From contig NC_087436.1 of assembly GCF_036321535.1 (NCBI RefSeq), positions 84,818,001 through 84,882,000 on the forward strand: a stretch of DNA of 64,000 nt. Direction: 5' to 3'. The notes under the pieces were generated by a model. The model was not told the origin of the DNA, ran no database searches, and worked only from the letters and a program-made list of their open reading frames with translations. The position numbers were made by a program, and so were the translations under genes. This document shows positions 51,245 to 64,000 of this stretch, one piece after another (positions within the stretch are counted from its first letter, which is position 1; each line of letters starts with the position of its first letter). Source of the stretch: Camelus dromedarius. Taxonomy: Eukaryota.

Positions 51245-54200
51245 ATTCCCCACAAAATAGAGGCTAAAACAAAGGCTTATGTGCAGTATTTTATTTGGGG
51301 CTTTGATCCCAGGGATCAATAGTGAGAGAAGGGGAGAGGAAGTAAGGAAGAGGCAGTATAAGGATGTGTAATTGAGTTGGTCATCACCATGTCTGAATAT
51401 TTTCTTGATCCCGTAGGACCTTCTGAGAAGCTTCATGAGATGAGTCTCAGAACTGTCCACTGAAAGCCAGAGTGGAAGAAGCATTTATCTGTCAGCTCCA
51501 ATCCACCTTTAATCAAAGGGTAATGCCCCTGGCCATTAACTACTCTACACTTTGGAAATGCACAGTTGTGAATGCCAAGCTGACTCCTACATCAGAGAAG
51601 TCCTGAGGCAGTAAGTAAGAGGGGAGGTGCAGTCATGTTGTCTTTGCCCAAAGTTCATCAAACTCTGTTCAGAACAGGTTGTCGCAGCATTGGTTGGAAT
51701 AAGAGGCTGAAAGGATTAGAACTGGTGACAGAAGGCAGACAGATGGTATCTGTTTCAGTCCACTCTTTGTACCACTTGGCCCTTTGTTAAGTCTAGTCCT
51801 TCACAGAGTCCCCTGCAAGGTGATAGCTGCCCATAAACTCTGCAATGACTAATGTAAGAGAGTTATTGGAATAAGCGAAAATCCCTGCTGCTACACTGAT
51901 GCCAAGACCACAACTGTTTTCAGTAACTCTCTCCCTCCTCTACTACCCATTGTAACCTCCCTTCACCCCTGGCCAGCACATCAGCTAAACTAGGTTTTTT
52001 CCTCAATGAGGTAACCTGAAACTTCAGCTTTTATTTTCCTTGCTCTGGTTGGGTCACGATTGTGTAATTGCCTGTTCACCTTATCCCTGGATACAGAAGT
52101 AGCCCCAGTTGAATTCTTTGGATTCCAGATTTATTCCTCTCTATTGTTGCTACTATTTTGTAGCAACAATCCCAGATCCTTTTTCTAATCACAATTGATT
52201 ACTCCCACCAGAGTAGTAACTCCTCTCTTTGCTGGCTGGTCTACTGCCATGAGAAGCCTAAAGTAATCAAATGAGAGGGAATTTCAAGTTTAATGAAGCA
52301 TCCTCCACCCTACCCCAGGGGAGCTAATTATTGTAATCTAACAAAGCCTAAATTTGAGAGGCAGGAAACACAAATTCCGTGCATGAGTCACTGGGAGTGA
52401 TGATAAAATGGGCCAATCCTGCTCCCATTCCTGGCTTTCTGGAGCCATGCCTTTAGCTGTTAGGGGCACTCTTTATTGGCTGGTTTGGAGTATTTACCAC
52501 ATCCTGTAGGACAACACTCCCATCCCAGCCCCAGGCAGGCACATTAGCTGAGCCTATAACAAACCATTCTGCCATTTTTATGTCTGGCTGCTTCTGAGCA
52601 ATGAGGGATATGGCACTGTCAGTGGATTCTATGATCATTTGTATACTGTCAACTTTTTTTTTTGGCTATAAAATATATTCCTTGGTTAAGGTAATGCTGA
52701 TCAGGAATGCTATAATTCTGGTGATAATGGATGTTGGCAGAGTTGCTTCAGGCAAGAATGACAAACCCTGAAGTCTGTAAGTACTTGTGCTTCAGGCCAC
52801 TTCCTCTATAAAAAAAAAAAAAAGCGAACAATGGAGACTGCTGCTCCAGGCTCTGCCAACTGGCAAGATTTCCCTTCACCTTTGTTCTTTAAAGCTATCC
52901 CTGAGTGCAGCGATGTGCCACAGCAGTCCAATTTTGCCTATATACCAACAGAATGTGCCAATACATCTGTGAACCAGACTCAGACTTTTTGTTCTGAGAT
53001 AGTCATAGGGAACTCTAAGAGGCCGTAGGAGTGAGTTGGGGAAGAGATGTTAGCGCTACAGAAGTGCCATGGGAGACTGAGTCACCCATTTGTGTAATTT
53101 ACTTGTGTCTTCTGCACCTGCTCAGGCTCTGTCCTGTACCATTTACATACTTCAGTAAATTACTGGTGTACTCATGCACTTGTGACTTAGTGGATCTGGC
53201 AATATCCAGCTCAAGAGAAGGTACCTCTAGCGTCCCCAGGGGAGAATAGTTCTTTGCCTCAGGCATGGCCTTGCAGAACACTAAGGATCTGTGCTACAAC
53301 CCTCTTACTGGGGACTTTCCAACAATTTCACACCAGTCTCTTATCCATCATAGATCCCTCCAGCACCATTAGATCGGTGGGAACAAACGGTCTGAGCATC
53401 AGGCAGCTCTCATCACAACACTTCTGGGCAACAGATCCAACTGATAGGTACTTCAGCCTCACAGTAAGTTCATCCAACATCCTTACTTCTGGGAAACGTA
53501 TTCTGATGGTTCTTTTGTTTCCCATAATAAATTCATTCTAACAGTCCTGCTCTCCTGAATCTTGTGTTTCCTTTCTCAATACTCATTCAGAGTTGTTCTA
53601 ACATCTCGTTTAGCATGGGCCATTATTGTATCCAAGCTCTAAGGACACAGTAAGGCTTTGTGTTAGGACTGACTCCAGGTGTCCTTGCCAAAATACTAAA
53701 TCCAGAATCACAGGTAAATGGCCCCATGTCATAAATTCTCCCCTAGCCAGCCTTATAACCTGATTCCTCTGGTTTAGCACTCTAAATATTCACTGTCACA
53801 TGTAATTCCCTGGTTCCTATTGGTTCATGTTAGACAATTTTGCAATTCTTCCTGAGTTCATCTATAGTTCAGTGGTTCTCAACAGGGGTGATTTTTTTGA
53901 CTCCCAGGGGACATTTGGTTATGTTTGGAGACATTTTTGGTTGTCATTACCAAGAGGATTCTACTAACATCTAGTGAGTAGAGCCAGGGATGCTGCTTAA
54001 GAACCTACAACACTTAAGGCAGCCCTCCATAACAAAGAATTATCCAGCCCCACGTGTCACTAGCGCTGAAACTGAGGAACCCTGGTCTAGTTCTCCCTGG
54101 AGCAGGGCTTGTAGTCTCCACATGGATTGTGCTCAAGCTCTGGTTCTGGGCTTGAGGTAATGAGGGTTGGACTAGGTAGGATATTGGGGAAAATAAGGTC

Positions 54201-55480
54201 ATAAATAGGGCACTTGCCTCAAATATATTCTTTGCAGTATTTCCAGACAAGTAGAGGCTGTTTTCCTTTATCAAGAAAAAGGAGACTGCTGGCAAAGAGG
54301 ATGACAAAAAAATCTGGGGATTTAAGGTTATAAGGCATGTACACACAAATGCCCCCATTCTAGATCTTAAGGTTCCATTCTTTTCCTGTCAAGGCTCTAG
54401 CTTTGACATGGGTGGTATTTTTAAGGCTGTGCATTTAGACTCCTTTGCAGCTCTGCCACTCTAATGATTCTATATTGGAGCTGATTTTTAGCACGGTCTT
54501 CTCAGTGGCTCTTCTGCCTTAGAGGTTTCTGGCTTTCACAGTTTGCCATGACTTGATTGTTGGCTAAACAGAGCCTGCCATTTTCTTTTGTTCAGATCTC
54601 CAAAGCAGTTAACAGAAGTCAGCCCATCTGATAATTACCATTGCTTCCATAATGCTCAAGACCCATAGCCGCTATATAATTCAGTGCTTTATTTTCCGTC
54701 TGCACCTCGTTCTAACCTACTACAGTGGAGAGCGTTGGTAATAGTGTATGCCAGGGGTTATCACCACCTGCGATTTACCCAGCCAGTGTCCTTATTATCT
54801 TATGATCAGTGTTGTAGGATCAGCCTCCAAAATTCCATACTGGTACTGCTTCCTGGAGTCACTTTTGATTCCCAGAGTTTCCCTAAAGGGGAACATAAAC
54901 CTACCCAATTTAATCTTCTAAACAACCTGCATGTAAATGGTAACTGCCATTTATTGAGTATTTACTATGTGCCAAGTAATGTGCAAATGCTTTATAAGAA
55001 ATATACCTCCAAAAAAGACTTATGTGCTGGTACTTTATTTGAGAAAATGAGTTCAGGGAAAAGAATAAGGGGGTCAGGGGAAACAAGATAGAGAAGGCAG
55101 AAAAGCCAATGGCTGGATGCATTATTGAGTTGACAAATGCCACGGGCAATTTGTTGATTGGTGCTGTGGTACCTTCCGAGAAGCCTTATGAAATGTGTCT
55201 CAGAATTCTGTCCTGGAGTGAAGGGCAAAGAGGAAAGCATTTACCCACTGTCTCCTATCTGCCATCAGTCAAGGTTGCACATCATGCTTCTCGTTGCACA
55301 TGTGCAAGGAGGGCTGGTTCTTGCAGTGTCCCATGGTATAGGTAGGGAGTGAGAGAGGCAAGGTGCTGGAATATTGAGAGAAGCTGGTTGATGCCTGCAT
55401 AGAATTGGTCACTGTAGCAACACTTGGAATAAGAAAGAGGTGAGCCTGAAATAATTTAATATGATGCAGGAAAGATTTCC
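51245..55480 (-). mobile_element. Ancient ERVL provirus remnant (LTR16-like LTRs at about 51245-51755 and 55005-55480, decayed internal pol)
   Basis: Two similar LTR copies (cttatgtgc..tttatttg..ccttctgagaagc..tctcagaa..aagcattta). The minus strand at about 53200-53410 gives PFVPTDLMVLEGS..FCKAMPEAKNYSP, resembling ERVL pol PYDPADPMVLEVS..FWSKALP..NYSPF. Confidence 0.7.
53870..54084 (+). mobile_element. MER20 hAT element nested in the ERVL
   Basis: cagtggttctcaacaggggtgatttt..ggggacatttgg..gaggaaccctg. Confidence 0.85.
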
Positions 55481-55519
55481 AAGCACTGTTTCTCCTTGAG
55501 TTTTCTCCGTTTGAGTTCA

Positions 55520-56160
55520 TGTTCTCTCTCTCTTTTCAGCTGCTAGTCCTTGACTACTCTCTTTCTCTCACATTCTAAATCCAATCTTTCAAGAAATCGC
55601 ATTGGCTCTACCTTTAGAGTATATCCAGAATCTGATCACCTCTCACCATCTCTGTTACTACTCTCTCCTTGATTATTGCCAATAGCTTGTCCCTCCTGAA
55701 TTACTGCTTATCTCCCTACAGCTTATTCTTAACACAGCTGCCAGAGGGATCCTTTTAAAAGCATGAACCATATCATGTTACCCTTTGCTCAGAACCCTCC
55801 AGTAGCTTCAGAGTGAAAGCCCAACTTCTTACAATGACCTACAAGATCCTGCTTTCCCTGCCCACCAGGACTTCAACTTGCTCAAAAGTTACCCCAATGA
55901 GGCCTTCCATAAGAGCACTATTTAAAATAGTGCCCCAGCCTAGCATCCTTTATTTTCCATTTTGGCTTTGTTTTTCTTCATGGTTCTTATTACATCCTGA
56001 AATACTATGGCATCACATCGGATATACATGTATCGCTAACATACATATATATGTTATTTGTTTGTTTACTTGTTCTTTCCTTTCCTCTAGAATGAAGCTT
56101 ATGAAGACAAGGGCTTCTGTCTGTTTTGTTCACTGATGTGTTCCCAGTTCCTAGAACTCA
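55520..56160 (+). mobile_element. L2 fragment continuing the L2 piece at about 51110-51240
   Basis: ctctacctttagagtatatccagaatctgatcacctctcacc..ctgtctgttttgttcactgatg. Confidence 0.7.
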
Positions 56161-56374
56161 TACCAGTTCACTTATGTCCTATGGACTATTCTAAGCACTT
56201 TACATGTGTTAACTACTTCAGTCCTATGATGTAGGAATCTTTATTATCCTTATTTTAAAGATTAGAAAATGGAGGCACAGGTTAATTATTTAGCCCAAAG
56301 GTGCATAGTAGGAACATGGTAGTATTTCAGTGAATATTTCTCTACATTACTATAGTCGTCTGCAAAAAGTAGGC

Positions 56375-56632
56375 TTGGGAAGCAACATAAGATAGTGAAA
56401 AGTACATGATCGCTGGAGTCATTCAGACCTGGTTTCATATCTGGTCTTTACTGGTTCAGTGACCTAGGGCAAGTTACTTAACTCTTCTGGGCTTGAGTTT
56501 CCTCATCTGTAAATTCAAAATAATCATTGCCATCTTTTGGGACTGTCCTGCAATTTGCAGAGGTATATTTATTATGAAGCATTTGCACATTGCTTGGCAC
56601 ATAGTAAACACTCAATAAATGGCAGTTACTAT
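56375..56632 (+). mobile_element. MIR SINE
   Basis: gtgacctagggcaagttacttaactc..gtttcctcatctgtaaa..cactcaataaatggcag. Confidence 0.8.
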
Positions 56633-59179
56633 TTACATGCAGGTTGTTTAGAAGATAAAATTGGGTAGGTTTATGTTCTTGAGAAGCAAAATAGTCACAA
56701 AGGCCCTGAGGTACTACTTCCCTTTCATAGGCAGAAAGCCATGTATATTAACACATCTCAGGTATGAGACCATCTCATGTTTGGGTAGCATGAAATAAAT
56801 TTTTTATTGTAAATGTGCTCCAAGGGAAAATTCTCTTCTAAATGGCCAAGGGCAGTGAGTATTGATGTTTGAACGATGTTGGCAAAATTATGAAACAATA
56901 TTGGCTGAAAGGTAATTGTGTCCTCAGAGAATCACTCTTGATGCCTGCACCAAGGAAGCGGAGGTGGGATGCTTGTGGAGACTTGATCTCAGATCCCTCA
57001 GAGAACCTGTACTGTTTTTGCCCATTTTAGAGGGGGAGTGCAGTGTCCCTTTTCCTCAGCTGTCCCTGACAGAGGAGGGACAGAAGTGTTCTACTGCCTC
57101 CAGGACTCTGCCTGACGAAGCACCAATGTGTGGGCAGTGCCACTGGTTTCGCAGACTTTGCTTAGTGAGAAACCTCACAGATCTCACAGACGTGGACTTA
57201 GGCGTCACCCACTTTTACTGCAGCCCAACTGTCCCTTAATTTAAGTCTAATTGATTTCAACTTGACTATGAGGCCAAGAGGGTCTTCATCTGTCTGAAGA
57301 AATCATATGGGTTTATATAATCTCATTTTTTCGTTATTTATAACTTTGAGCACTTTATTATGTCAGTTACTTTGCTTTTTCTCTTTTCTGTTTCTGAGCA
57401 TTGTTTTCTTATAACTCAATTATGCACATTCCTGTCTAAGGAAGGAGGAGCAGTTTTTCAGAGATGTCAGACCATTAGTATCAACACAAAGAACACCAAG
57501 TAATTTTTTTTTTTGGAACAAGGATCACTGTGTTCCATTTCCAGATTCTTTATTTATAAATGGCTTTAACAGTGACAGGATGAGAGGACAGCTTCTCCTG
57601 TTAGGCACATTAAGCAATGGGTGTTTGTTCTAGGTTTTATAAGAAACAGATGTAGCTACCCCAACATGATACTTTCCATTTCTTTGCAGCTTTATAGAAG
57701 GAAGTCAGGTAGACACTAACTGAAGATGGTGATCACTATAATTAAATAAATATTAAAACTAGATATTAACTAGATAAAAGATGCACATTTGAACAACATA
57801 GACAAATAATACAATAAGACATACAAATACTACGAGGAAGGCAAAGGTTGACTTGCAGAATAATATTGCATCTCAAAGCCTTTTTTGTGCAGTTGCCTTA
57901 TTCAATGCACGTGTTTTAGGGTGATATGATAATAAAAGCACAGTGCTACATTCTCTATTTACATTTGGAGAGATTCTCTCAGAAGTGCAGAGATCATCTC
58001 TCACCTAATTCTGAACCTCTTGTGGGAATTGGCCACTATGGACAAAAATACACAACATATTTTGGCTTGAAAGTAGAGGTTAATGACTCTCATTGTGACT
58101 TTGTTAGTACACTCAGGTTAATCCCTGGACACAGATTTTTCTCTCCTTTGCACTTGGGGAATTCAGGAGTAACACTACTGGCAAGACTAGACCTGTACTC
58201 TAGGAGTGTAAGCAAATCAAGATAAATATAAATGGTTTGACTGTATTCATCTTTATGGAAAATCAAATTTAATGTTGACTGACTGCTTTAAACTTTATCC
58301 CTTCTTTGTCCCAAAGAGTTATTAAGTTGTTTACCATTTGTATGGATAAAATTCGGTGGGAAGATATATATTTCACATATGCTAAGTTTGTTTAAACAAC
58401 AGTCAGTAAGTAACTTTCTGGCATGTAGTACTTAAACTGTACAAAGATAAGATTTTGCTGTTGTTATGATTATTTAGCGATAAACAGTGTAGATAATTAA
58501 TTTTTACTATTAACATATTTTGGCTTGAAAGTAGAGTCAAGGACTTGAGGGTCAAGTGTTTCCTAGAATTGTGTATAAAATCTGGTACTTCTGTAATAAA
58601 CTTGTTACCTGTTTTTCCATAGAATCGTCAGTCTTTCAGGAAAAATACTTCAACTTGATAGCAAAAAAAGAGATGGTCAAACCATGAAATAGAAAAGCAT
58701 GACTGTTAAGAGAAACTCAATAAAAGTGGTCTGCAGAAAACTGTCTAGACTGAAATGGCTATATTAGAATAACATACAAAAACTTGATTTTAGGACTAGC
58801 CACCACTAAAAGTTAGTTTATCTGGAACAGAGAACAAATTTCCATCAGCATGGTTGAAATAAAAGATTTGTTTCTGAAACCTATAGACATCTACAAAATT
58901 TATTTCATGTTTTCTTGACAGTGAAACGAATGAGGCTCGTCAATATTTGCATTGGTTGATAACTACAGTACCAGTATTTCTACTTGGCTTAATATTCTCA
59001 TCAGTGTTAACTTGGGGGACAGTTTATGATTTTGATGTTGTCTGGTTATTCATTTAAGCGTAAGAAAAATTTGAAAGCACAGTGGCTTGTTCATTTTCTT
59101 TACATTGTCAGTAATTTCCCCCCCAATTTAAAACATTGTGGTAAAATACATATAACATAAGCTTTGCTATCGTACCTAT

Positions 59180-59326
59180 TTTTTTTTAATTTTTAAATTT
59201 ATGGGGGGTGGGGGGAGGTAATTAGGTTTGTTTATTTATTTATTCTTAGGAGAATTACTGGGGATTGAACCCAGGACCTCATAGATGCTAAGCATGCACT
59301 CTACCACTTGAGCTATACCTTCCCCC
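59180..59326 (-). mobile_element. tRNA-derived SINE (Vic-1-like) inserted in an L1 3' end (about 59130-59500)
   Basis: tactggggattgaacccaggacctc..atgctaagcatgcactctaccacttgagctataccttcccc. Confidence 0.85.
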
Positions 59327-59589
59327 ATCTTAACTATTTTTAAGTGTATAGTTCAGTGGTATTAAGTACATTCATATTGTTACACAGCCATCACCACCCT
59401 CCATCTCCATGACTCCTCATCTTGCAAAACTGAAATTCATTAAACAATAACTGCTCATTCTCGCTCTTCCAGTCCCTGGCAATCACCATTCTACTTGTGG
59501 TGATGTTTTCTTTAAATAGGACTTTTTGAGGTAAAGAATTAGATGATTAAAAAAATTATAGAAGATTATAAAAATTAATTTTTAAGTAC

Positions 59590-59850
59590 CCATACAGTAT
59601 CTGAGCCCATCCCAGCTCAGTTCAGCCAAGCCCAGCCTGGATTCGCCCTATTCCAATGAACCTCAAGATGCATAAGCAACACAACATTGTAAAGTGATTA
59701 TAAATCAATAAAAAATGTTATATTGTTAAAAAAATATGTAAAAAAAAAAGATGCATAAGCAAGAGCTAAATGCTTGTTGTTTATAAGCCACTCAGACATA
59801 GAGTTGTTGTTATACTGTATTATTGTGAAAATAGCCAGCTGATACAAAGA
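59590..59850 (+). mobile_element. MLT1 3' fragment containing a young L1 stub at 59680-59747
   Basis: aaatgcttgttgtttataagccact..gttgttgttatac..aatagccagctgataca. Confidence 0.6.
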
Positions 59851-61117
59851 GATGCTCAGAATGTAGTCAAGGGAGAGTGTGGACAATTGCTAGAGTGTGT
59901 GCTGGTAGATTGGTACTCTCTCTGAGTGCAGATGAGACTTTATGAAGGAGGGAGCTCTCCCCAACCGTTCCAGAACTCGACTTGGTGGCCTGAAATTGTA
60001 GATTTCGCCTGTAAATTGTCTTCTAAATTAATTGTTGTCGATGATAGGAATGATTCTCCTTTAGATGGGATCCTCTAGTGTGGTGCACGACCTGAAGGCC
60101 TGTGTGGGTGATTCTGCTAGTCTTGGCAACTAGGCGCTAGGAGTTTCCAATTGCTGGCAGTGGCTTAGCTAAAAGAGGAGTAAAATTAAAAATATACGAG
60201 GAAAGAGTGTAGAGAATTAAAGACATTTTGGCTTGCAGAGGAATTAAACTTAAAAAGAGTAGGGGAGAAAAAAGAATACAGAGAAGCAAAGGCAGAGAGA
60301 GGAAAAAAAATAATTACTAAGGTGATCTGATTTTCAGTAAGTAACTAAAAAATTTCCTTTATAAGGATTACATGTCAAGAAAATAAATACACATAATTTG
60401 AGTGCCTCCAGTGTATAATACAAATATGAATGAGATACTATCTTTCTTCTCTCTTTAAAGACATCATTCCAATATAGGACATGATCACTTTCATAGACCA
60501 CAATCTGAACTTTTTACCTTAGAAGCAAACACATGAGCTATATGGATAGGTTTTTTTATTAGTCGGAGAGGGTAATGCAAGACTTGGCGTAGGATGTGTG
60601 AGATTTTTCTAGCATATCATCACTTGAACTGCCTGCTTTGAGAAAAAAGGTATTTTTACTTGTTGTCCCAATTAGAGGGCATTTCCCATTTTCAGAACAA
60701 GAAAACCAGTGGTGACTTGGTTTCTCACTTGGAAGTGAGATGCAACCAATTCATTTTCCCACAAATTGTCTGTCTCTTCATCGTTTAGGTACTTGATAGA
60801 AATTGACTCAAATAGGTCTTAACTTTTTAAAATTTAATCTTATGGAGCAGTTGCAAAGGTAGTACAGAGAGCTCCCCCCCCCCCCACTCATTGCCCAGCT
60901 TCCCCCAGTGCTAACATTTTGCATAACCATAGCCCAATTATCCAAAACTAAGAAATTAACTTTAGTATAATATCACTAACTAAATCATAGATCTTATTGA
61001 GGTTTCTTCAGTTTTTCTACCAATATCCTTTTTCTATTGTGGGATCCAATCCAGGATCTCACACTGCATTTAGTTGTCAAGTCCCCTTAAGTGTCCTCCA
61101 ATCTGTTCCTCATAATT

Positions 61118-61420
61118 ATGAATTGAATTGTGTCCCCCTTCCCATACTGCTCACTGTCCCAAATTCATTATTTTAAAGTCCTAACCCCCAGTGTCTCAGA
61201 ATGTGACCTTACGTGGAGATAGGATCTTCATAGAAGCAACCAAACTAAAATGAGGTCATTACAGTGGGCTCTAATCCAATATGACTTGTCCTCATAAAAA
61301 GAGGAAATTTGGACTCAGAAACATGCCCAGAGGGAAGACAATGTGAAGGCACCAGGAGAAGATGGCCATCTACAAGCCAAGGAGAGATGCCTGGGCAGAA
61401 TCTTTCCTCAAAGCTCTGGC
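61118..61420 (+). mobile_element. MLT1-type LTR, 5' part
   Basis: tgaattgtgtcccc..cctaacccccagtgtctcagaatgtgacctt..aaaatgaggtcatt..ggccatctacaagccaaggagag. Confidence 0.8.
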
Positions 61421-61529
61421 CAGATAATTGAAAAACTTGATTAAGGCAGGAAATCATACAAAATATATACAACTTAAAGGTTTTTTTTCTTTCCTTGCCT
61501 TCCCTTTGCCTGGCTCAGAAAGCTGATCT

Positions 61530-62455
61530 TAACTTTATTTTATTATTTTTTTCATTTTAATTTACTTTATTATAATTATTTTTTCTTTTTACCTTTGACC
61601 CTTTTCACCCATTTCTCCCATCTCCCCAACACCCCACCACTGACAACCACCAGTCTGTTCTCTGTATCTATGAGATTTTTTTCTTACTTTCTTTTTTTTT
61701 AAGATTTCACATATAAGAGAGATCATACAGTATTTGTCTTCCTCTGTCTAACTTATTTCATTAGGGTTATGCCCTTGAGATTCATCCATTTTGTAGCAAA
61801 TGTCAAGGTTTCATTCTTTTTTATGGCTGAATAATACTCGTGTGTGTGTGTGTGTGTGTGTGACATTTTCTTTATCCATTTATCTATTGATGGACACTTA
61901 GGTTGTTTCCATATCTTGACTATTTTAAACAATGCTGCTGTGAACATGGGAGTGCAGATATCTTTTTGAGTAAGTGTTTTTGTTTTCTTTGGATAAATAC
62001 CCAGAAGTGGAATTGCTGGATCATATGTTAGCTCTATTTTTAGTTTTTTGAGAAACTTCCATACTGTTTTCCATAGTGGCTGCACCAATTTAAATTCCCA
62101 CCAACAGTGCATGCAGGTTCCCTTTTTTCTACATCCTCCCCAATACTTGCTATTTCTTGTCTTTTTGGTAATAGCTATTCTAACTGGTGTGAGGTGATAT
62201 CTCATTGTGGTTTTGGTTTGCATTTCTCTTGATGATTAATGATATTGAGCATCTTTTTATGTACCCATTGGCCATCTGTATGTCTTTTATGGAAAAATGT
62301 CTATTCAGATCTTTTGCCCGTTTTAAAATCAGATTGTATATTTTCTTGCTATTGAATTGTATGAGTTCTTCATGTATTTTGGATATCAGTCCTAATCAGA
62401 TATATGATTTGCAAATATTTTCTACCATTGAGTAGGTTGCCTTTTCATTTTGTTA
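61530..62455 (-). mobile_element. LINE-1 3' end (ORF2 C-terminus)
   Basis: ORF 61753..62223 [37 protein letters not shown] is the L1 ORF2 C-terminus. Confidence 0.92.
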
Positions 62456-62459
62456 TGGC

Positions 62460-64000
62460 AGCCATTTTGTTTTGTTTGAAGCATCCTAACTTACAGAATG
62501 TCCCCCAATTTGGATTTGTCCTTTGTTTTCTCATGGTTAGACAAAGGTTATGTATTTGGGGGAAGAACAGTACAGAGGTGAGGTGCCTTTCTCAGTGCAT
62601 CGTATCATATCTCGACATTGGTATGTCCCATTACTACTGGTAAAATTTACCTCGATCCCTGTTTAAGGGATTGTCTATCAGATGTCTGCCACTATAATGT
62701 TACTATTTTCCCCTCTTTTAGTCAACAAATATTTTAGGAGAAGCACTTTGAGGCTATGAAAATATTCTATTTCTCCTTAAACTTTCACTCATTAATTTTA
62801 GTATTCATTTATTGATCTCATCTGCAGCAATTACTACTATGGTGCTTTGATGGTGATTTTCTATTTTCCTCATTTTTTTTTTCTACATTTACTAGTTTCC
62901 CTCATTCCTTCTACTTTTATTATTTGAAACTATACCATAAGGAAGAATTTTTCTTTCTTCCCTCATTCATTTTTTTTGTTAGTATGGGCTCAGGTATTTA
63001 CTTTATTCTTTGAGTGATGTTCCAGTACTTCCTTATTTGTTTTGTTGCTCAAATTTTTCCAGCACTAGCCATTGACAACTATTTCAAATTGTTTCCTGTG
63101 TCTTTTTGCTCTCATTTTTTTTTTCTAAAGCACTTCCTTATCCTCTGGCACCTAGATATTCTGGCTTACCTAGTATTTTCCTTGCCCGAGCCATTCTCAA
63201 GTAACTCTGCGTCCTTTTATAAGAGAATGGTATTTCAAAATGATCTTTAGCTTTTGTTTCAGAATGGTAGATGTCAACAGTTTTAAATGTTTTACTATGA
63301 AAAATTTAAAACATACCCAAAAGTAGAGAGACTGGTATAATAAACTCCCATGGATTCTTCATCCAGTTTCAATAATGGTTACACCAATCGTATTTTAAAT
63401 TGTTCTCCATTTTTCATTCCTGCAGAATTTGACAGTAAATCCTCACTTCATGCTGTATCACCAGTAAATATCCTAGTATCTAACTGTCTTATCTAATTTA
63501 TAAAGACTTTTATAAAACATACCCATCACAACCTTATGACACTTAACAAAATTAGTGATTATTCCTTAATATCTAATATTCTCCAAATTCAACTTTCCCT
63601 TATGGTTTCAAAACAGTCTTTTTTACACTTGGTATATTCAAATCAGGGTCTAAACCATGTTCACATGCTGTATTTGGATGTTACCTTTCTTAAGTCTCTT
63701 TTATCTTAAGGAATAAGATAATAAACAGTTTTTCTATCCACCCTTCCCTTTCCCCGCCACACACACACATACTTTAAATAATTGATTTGTAGAGAAATGG
63801 AGTCATTGGTGCTGTAGAATTTCATTCTTCATTTGGTTGTCATTTAGCTTATTCCTTCATTCCCCATATTTCCTAAAACTCAGTAACTAAACCTAGGAGA
63901 CTGATTAGATTCACATTCATTTTTCAGATTAGTCTCCTTCATTGGTGGCGTGTGTACATCTTACCACATCACATAATGAGCACGTAGGGCTGGCTGACCC
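62460..64000 (-). mobile_element. Ancient L1MC/ME-like 3' UTR fragments (a related piece lies at about 60830-61110)
   Basis: ggttatgtatttgggggaagaacagtacagaggtg, aaaatttaaaacatacccaaaagtagagag. Confidence 0.55.

Noticed and set aside
61753..62223. 156-aa ORF and similar ORFs at 214-2038 and 45622-46513
   Set aside because: These are LINE-1 ORF2 remnants or their antisense frames, not host genes.
50000..64000. Search for the neighbouring paralog EXOC1L or another gene upstream
   Set aside because: No ORF or exon with EXOC1L-like peptide found; the region appears intergenic and repeat-rich.
1..64000. CRISPR arrays, operons or other prokaryote-type systems
   Set aside because: The sequence is clearly a mammalian intron-containing locus; no regularly spaced repeat array is present.

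Overview
This is mammalian genomic DNA, probably camelid (alpaca/camel-like, inferred from the tRNA-derived Vic-1-type SINEs). It contains one complete protein-coding gene on the minus strand, EXOC1 (SEC3, exocyst component 1). I mapped a CpG-island promoter and non-coding exon 1 at about 49.3-49.9 kb, plus 18 coding exons (45383 down to 4681). All have GT-AG boundaries and sum to 2685 nt, i.e. 894 aa plus stop, the canonical EXOC1 length. A poly(A) signal lies at about 4170. Two extra frame-preserving cassette exons sit in introns: a 21-nt microexon at 38443-38463 and a 54-nt exon at 32738-32791. The 45-nt cassette exon 11 is flanked by RBFOX motifs, and exon 1 carries an in-frame uORF that stops 6 nt before the main ATG. 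The rest is intron or intergenic DNA full of transposable elements: L1, L2, MIR, MLT, MER5/MER20, a near full-length Tigger1, an ERVL provirus remnant upstream of the promoter, and several tiny L1 3'-end insertions with target-site duplications. I see no evidence of a wholly new biological system. The best leads are the splicing and translation regulatory layer of EXOC1 and an old intronic duplication around exon 9. Repeat family names come from recall of consensus sequences, not from a RepeatMasker run.
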